From positions 27,089 to 91,088 of the forward strand of contig NZJW01000015.1 of NCBI GenBank assembly GCA_002692055.1: a stretch of 64,000 nt of DNA, written 5' to 3'. How positions within the stretch are numbered: the first letter of the stretch is position 1; each line of letters opens with the position of its first letter. The translations under genes and the position numbers were made by a program. The DNA comes from Candidatus Pelagibacter sp. GTDB lineage: Bacteria; Pseudomonadota; Alphaproteobacteria; Pelagibacterales; Pelagibacteraceae. This document shows positions 61,192 through 64,000 of this stretch, piece by piece. A model generated the notes under the pieces. It worked only from the letters and a program-made list of their open reading frames with translations, made no database searches and was not told the origin of the DNA.

Positions 61192-63012
61192 TTATTCTAC
61201 TGTAACTGACTTTGCCAAATTTCTTGGTTTATCAATATCGTGCCCTAGAGCATTTGCGGCGTAGTATGCGAGCAGTTGTAAAGGAATGGTTATTAAGAAT
61301 GGAAACAATTCGTCTGAAATTGTCTCAACTTGAATTTTCTTCCATAGGTTTTCTGAACTTATTTCATCTGTACTTTTGTTTGATATCAATAGTACCTTAC
61401 CTCCTCTTGAAATAACTTCCTGCATATTAGAAATTGTTTTATTGTAAAACTTATCACGTGGGGCAATTACAACTACGGGCATTCCATTTTCAATCAGCGC
61501 TAACGGACCATGCTTCATTTCACCTGCAGGGTATCCTTCGGCATGGACATAAGCTAATTCTTTAAGTTTAAGTGCACCTTCCAATGCTATTGGGAATGAA
61601 TAACCCCTTCCCAAAAACATTGAGCCCTTTGCCTTAGAAAAATCTTTTGATGCTTCCTGTATATCTCTTTCAATTTTTAAAGTATTTTCAATTAACTTCG
61701 GCAATTCTAGTAAACTACTTATCTTCAAGCCGTAATTTTCTTTTGAAATTTTATCATGTAAAAAAGATAACTTCAAAGTTAGTAGATATAAAACCAATAA
61801 TTGCCCCATAAAAGCTTTCGTAGACGCCACACCAACTTCTGGTCCACAGTGGATAGGTAAGACATAATCAGAGTCTCTTGCAATAGAGCTTTCAACAACA
61901 TTCACAATTGAACAAGTTTTCATTTTATTTTTTTTACATAAATCCAATGCAGCGTAAGTATCTGCTGTTTCACCTGATTGAGAAACAAAAACATAAAGCT
62001 GAGAATTTTTAAATTTATTCTTTCTATATCTAAATTCTGATGCAATGTCTGTCTCAACCTCAAGATCAGTTAATTGCTCAATCCAATATTTTGCCATTAG
62101 GCAGGAATGATATGCTGTACCACAGCCAATAAGTTTAATATTTTTAATTTCTTTATTATTCCAAGGAAAATTAATTATATTTATTTCATTATTAATTTTA
62201 TCAATATATTCCTTTAAACAGGATTTAATTGTATTTGGTTGTTCGTGAATTTCTTTTGCCATAAAATGTTTAAAATTTCCTTTGTCATAACTTTGATCAT
62301 CAGAAGAAACTTCTAACACTTGTTTATTAATTTTATTTCCATCAGAATTAAAAAATTGAACTTCTTTTTTTTTTATAAAACAAAATTCACCATCATCAAG
62401 ATAACTGACTTTATTGGTCATAGATTTCAGAGCATATGAGTCTGAGCCTAAATAATTTTCATTAGGTCCATAACCAACTGCCAATGGTGACCCTCTCCTA
62501 GCGCCAACAATAATATCTGGAAAATCTTTAAAAATTATTCCCAAGGCAAAACTTCCATGAAGCCTTTTTAACATTTTTAATATGGATGTTTTTAAATCAT
62601 TATTTTTTAAATACTCTGTAATCAAATGAGTAATAACTTCAGTATCTGTTTGAGATTTAAATACATGACCGGCTCTTATAAGGTGTTTTTTTAATAAGGT
62701 AGAATTTTCAATTATACCATTGTGAACAACAGAGACTTTTTCAGATGAATGTGGGTGAGCATTGACTTCACTTGGTTGTCCATGTGTAGCCCATCTTACA
62801 TGTCCAATTCCTAAAGATCCATCATTTTTATTTTTAAAAATTATATTCTCTAAATTTTCTACTCTACCCTCACACTTGGTTTCATTGATAATACCATTAA
62901 CAAGAGTTGCTACTCCAGCAGAGTCATAACCTCTATATTCTAATTTCTTCAAAGAATTTAAAATAACTCCTGTAACAGGTTTGTTACTATTGATTCCTAT
63001 AATGCCACACAT
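61192..63012 (-). CDS. glmS: Glutamine--fructose-6-phosphate aminotransferase
   Basis: MCGI, EYRGYDSAG, GHVRWATHG, SQSGETAD and PRNLAKSVTVE motifs. Confidence 0.98.
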   Translation of the reverse strand: MCGIIGINSNKPVTGVILNSLKKLEYRGYDSAGVATLVNGIINETKCEGRVENLENIIFKNKNDGSLGIGHVRWATHGQPSEVNAHPHSSEKVSVVHNGIIENSTLLKKHLIRAGHVFKSQTDTEVITHLITEYLKNNDLKTSILKMLKRLHGSFALGIIFKDFPDIIVGARRGSPLAVGYGPNENYLGSDSYALKSMTNKVSYLDDGEFCFIKKKEVQFFNSDGNKINKQVLEVSSDDQSYDKGNFKHFMAKEIHEQPNTIKSCLKEYIDKINNEINIINFPWNNKEIKNIKLIGCGTAYHSCLMAKYWIEQLTDLEVETDIASEFRYRKNKFKNSQLYVFVSQSGETADTYAALDLCKKNKMKTCSIVNVVESSIARDSDYVLPIHCGPEVGVASTKAFMGQLLVLYLLTLKLSFLHDKISKENYGLKISSLLELPKLIENTLKIERDIQEASKDFSKAKGSMFLGRGYSFPIALEGALKLKELAYVHAEGYPAGEMKHGPLALIENGMPVVVIAPRDKFYNKTISNMQEVISRGGKVLLISNKSTDEISSENLWKKIQVETISDELFPFLITIPLQLLAYYAANALGHDIDKPRNLAKSVTVE

Positions 63013-63016
63013 AAAA

Positions 63017-64000
63017 TTATCTTTTTTTTCTTAAATTTTTTTGCTCAGCTCTAGTTATTGCCAAACTATTATCGTTAACATTCTTACTTATTGATGATCC
63101 TGCGCCAACTAACGAATTTTTACCAATTTTAACAGGTGCAATTAATGAAGAATTAGATCCAACAAATGCAAAGTCTTCAATCAATGTTTTAAACTTACTT
63201 TTACCATCATAATTACAAGTAATAGTTCCAGCACCAATGTTAACTTTGTTTCCTAACAACGCATCTCCAATGTATGAAAGATGGTTAACTTTTGATCCTT
63301 TGCCAATTTTTGATTTTTTTATTTCTACAAAATTTCCAATTTTTGAATTATCCTCTAGAATTGAGCCGGGTCTTAACCTAGCATACGGTCCAATCTCTAC
63401 TTTATTTTTTACATTAGTTTCTTCTAAATGGCTGAATGATTTTATAACCACATTATTTCCAACTTTAACTTTTTTTCCAATTACAACAAATGGTTCAATT
63501 TTTACATTTTTTCCAATTTTAGTATCAGGTGAAAGGTAAACGGTATTTGCATCAACAAACTTCACACCTTGTTTTATAAATTTTTTTCTTAATCGATCCT
63601 GCATAATCTTTTCTGCTTCTAATAATTCAATTTGGTCATTTACGCCAACTGCATTTTTTTTGTTTTGGGCTAAAACTAAGTTAATTTTAAGGCGAGATTG
63701 CTTCGAAAGTTTCACAATATCAGTTAAATAGTATTCTTTTTTCCTATTTTCATTATCTATTTTTTTTACAAGATTTAATGAGCTGTAATCAAGGGCCATG
63801 ATACCAGAATTACAAATATTTATTTTCTTTTGTTTTTGGCTTGCTTCTTTAAATTCTATAATTTCTCTTACTTTATTCTTATTTCTAATTATAATACCGT
63901 AAGATTTATTGTTATTATTTTTAAAACCTAATAAAACCAAGTTACTATTTCTAATTTTATTATACATTAATCGAAGATCTGAAATCGTAACTAGTGGATT
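63017..64000 (-). CDS. glmU: Bifunctional GlmU (3' part; start lies beyond window)
   Basis: EYYLTD, GVND, GPYARLRP, GNFVEIK, HLSYIGDA and GAGTITCNYDG motifs. The frame stays open to the window edge (NPLVTISDLRLMYN). Confidence 0.96.
   Translation of the reverse strand, partial: NPLVTISDLRLMYNKIRNSNLVLLGFKNNNNKSYGIIIRNKNKVREIIEFKEASQKQKKINICNSGIMALDYSSLNLVKKIDNENRKKEYYLTDIVKLSKQSRLKINLVLAQNKKNAVGVNDQIELLEAEKIMQDRLRKKFIKQGVKFVDANTVYLSPDTKIGKNVKIEPFVVIGKKVKVGNNVVIKSFSHLEETNVKNKVEIGPYARLRPGSILEDNSKIGNFVEIKKSKIGKGSKVNHLSYIGDALLGNKVNIGAGTITCNYDGKSKFKTLIEDFAFVGSNSSLIAPVKIGKNSLVGAGSSISKNVNDNSLAITRAEQKNLRKKR

Noticed and set aside
63013-63016. glmS ribozyme
   Set aside because: Only 4 bp lie between glmU and glmS.
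548-63539. Numerous 60-130 aa ORFs antisense to or nested in long genes
   Set aside because: Shadow ORFs of conserved genes; no motifs or independent signals.
1-64000. CRISPR arrays, IS elements, prophage or defence genes
   Set aside because: No spaced direct repeats, transposase, integrase or phage-like ORFs seen; repeats in lpxD and glmU are ordinary hexapeptide repeats.

Overview
Very AT-rich, tightly packed alphaproteobacterial chromosome segment. Proteins and gene order point to Pelagibacterales (SAR11-like); this is inferred, not searched. Most of the window is housekeeping. On the minus strand: fabZ(partial)-lpxD-bamA-dxr-cdsA-uppS-frr-tsf-rpsB (with the S2/t44 leader), dnaE-lolD-lolC/E-proS-DUF1467-rnj-coaX-birA, the full nuoA-N operon, and gpsA-lnt-rhodanese-tRNA-Leu(TAA). 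On the plus strand: sfsA-map-purBCSQL-bolA-grxD. At the right end, on the minus strand: rpsD-cimA-cysS-nadE-DAHP synthase-glmS-glmU(partial). There are two accessory blocks. (1) 35-38 kb holds a TPR/GT41 protein glycosyltransferase, a structured intergenic hairpin (candidate sRNA) and a disrupted SGNH hydrolase. (2) 46.1-55.4 kb is an integrase-free catabolic island: a winged-helix protein, an amidase, a metal-dependent cyclase-family hydrolase, a stand-alone GAF protein and two divergent TRAP transporters, with a shared upstream DNA motif and a hairpin that buries the dctQ start codon. This island is the best candidate for an undescribed system. Four genes carry single-base frameshifts in A/T homopolymers (most likely sequencing error). 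pyrH, rseP and skp are absent from their usual positions. No CRISPR array, IS element, integrase or rRNA was seen.
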